A stretch of DNA of 64,000 nt from Flaccisagitta enflata. Taxonomy: Eukaryota. Shown piece after piece: positions 63,741-64,000 of this stretch. Location of the stretch: the NCBI GenBank assembly GCA_965153355.1, contig OZ231126.1:27838001-27902000 (forward strand). The letters are read 5' to 3'. Position 1 is the stretch's first letter. Each line of letters opens with the position of its first letter. The notes below the pieces were generated by a model, which saw only the letters and a program-made list of their open reading frames with translations, was not told the origin of the DNA and searched no databases. A program made the translations under genes and the position numbers.

Positions 63741-64000
63741 GCTTTATCAAGTTAGAAGCTCATTACCCCTCACTACCCCTCGAACCACCCCTCACCCCAC
63801 CCCTCGCCTTACCCCAAACCCCACCCCTCGCCCCACCCCTCACCCCACCCCTCGCCCCACCCCTCACCCCACCCCTCGCCCCACACCCCTCGCTTTACCC
63901 CTCCCACCCCTCGCTACCCCTACATAATTTCAAACCACCCTTCACTTTTTGACCACCCCTAGCTACTCCTCACTACCCCTCACTTCCCCTCATGAGACAT

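Larger units (their letters stand above)
60083..64000 (+). mobile_element. second family-C HINE (3' end not seen), with 166-bp repeats at ~61110-61830
   Basis: Same 5' end as 40648. Landmark AAAATTCGAATTAAATCTGA recurs at 61261, 61427 and 61593 (period 166). Extent beyond ~61830 is inferred. Confidence 0.7.

Overview
AT-rich, transposon-dense animal DNA, most likely from an invertebrate, with GT-AG spliced genes. The backbone is a + strand CARMIL/LRRC16-family gene. Its helical-dimerisation-domain exons (135-332, 8845-8958, 9150-9262, 11209-11296) are followed by low-complexity tail exons to at least 39094. No CPI motif or stop was found, so the gene probably continues past the window. Two other multi-exon genes lie inside or just after it. 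(1) An antisense 3-exon gene (8099->773, 572 aa) in a CARMIL intron encodes a secreted short-chain-collagen-C4-like domain. The domain is split by a ~360-aa Pro/Gly/Tyr-rich insert made of two related modules, each opened by an R-x-x-R|Q cleavage-type site. (2) A 4-exon + strand gene (45197-47826, 672 aa) encodes a type I Ig-superfamily membrane protein with a cytoplasmic EF-hand-like motif. Two ATG exons with strong Kozak context and MGxxxS starts (29002, 55997) may be internal alternative first exons. Introns are filled with non-autonomous DNA elements: Tc1/mariner-like (TA TSD), hAT-like (8-bp TSD), Chapaev-like (CAC ends, 4-bp TSD), large palindromes and DINE-1/Helentron-like (HINE) elements carrying tandem repeats, including a 166-bp satellite. 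They are often nested 3-4 deep. Family assignments come from recalled sequence similarity and structure; no searches were run.
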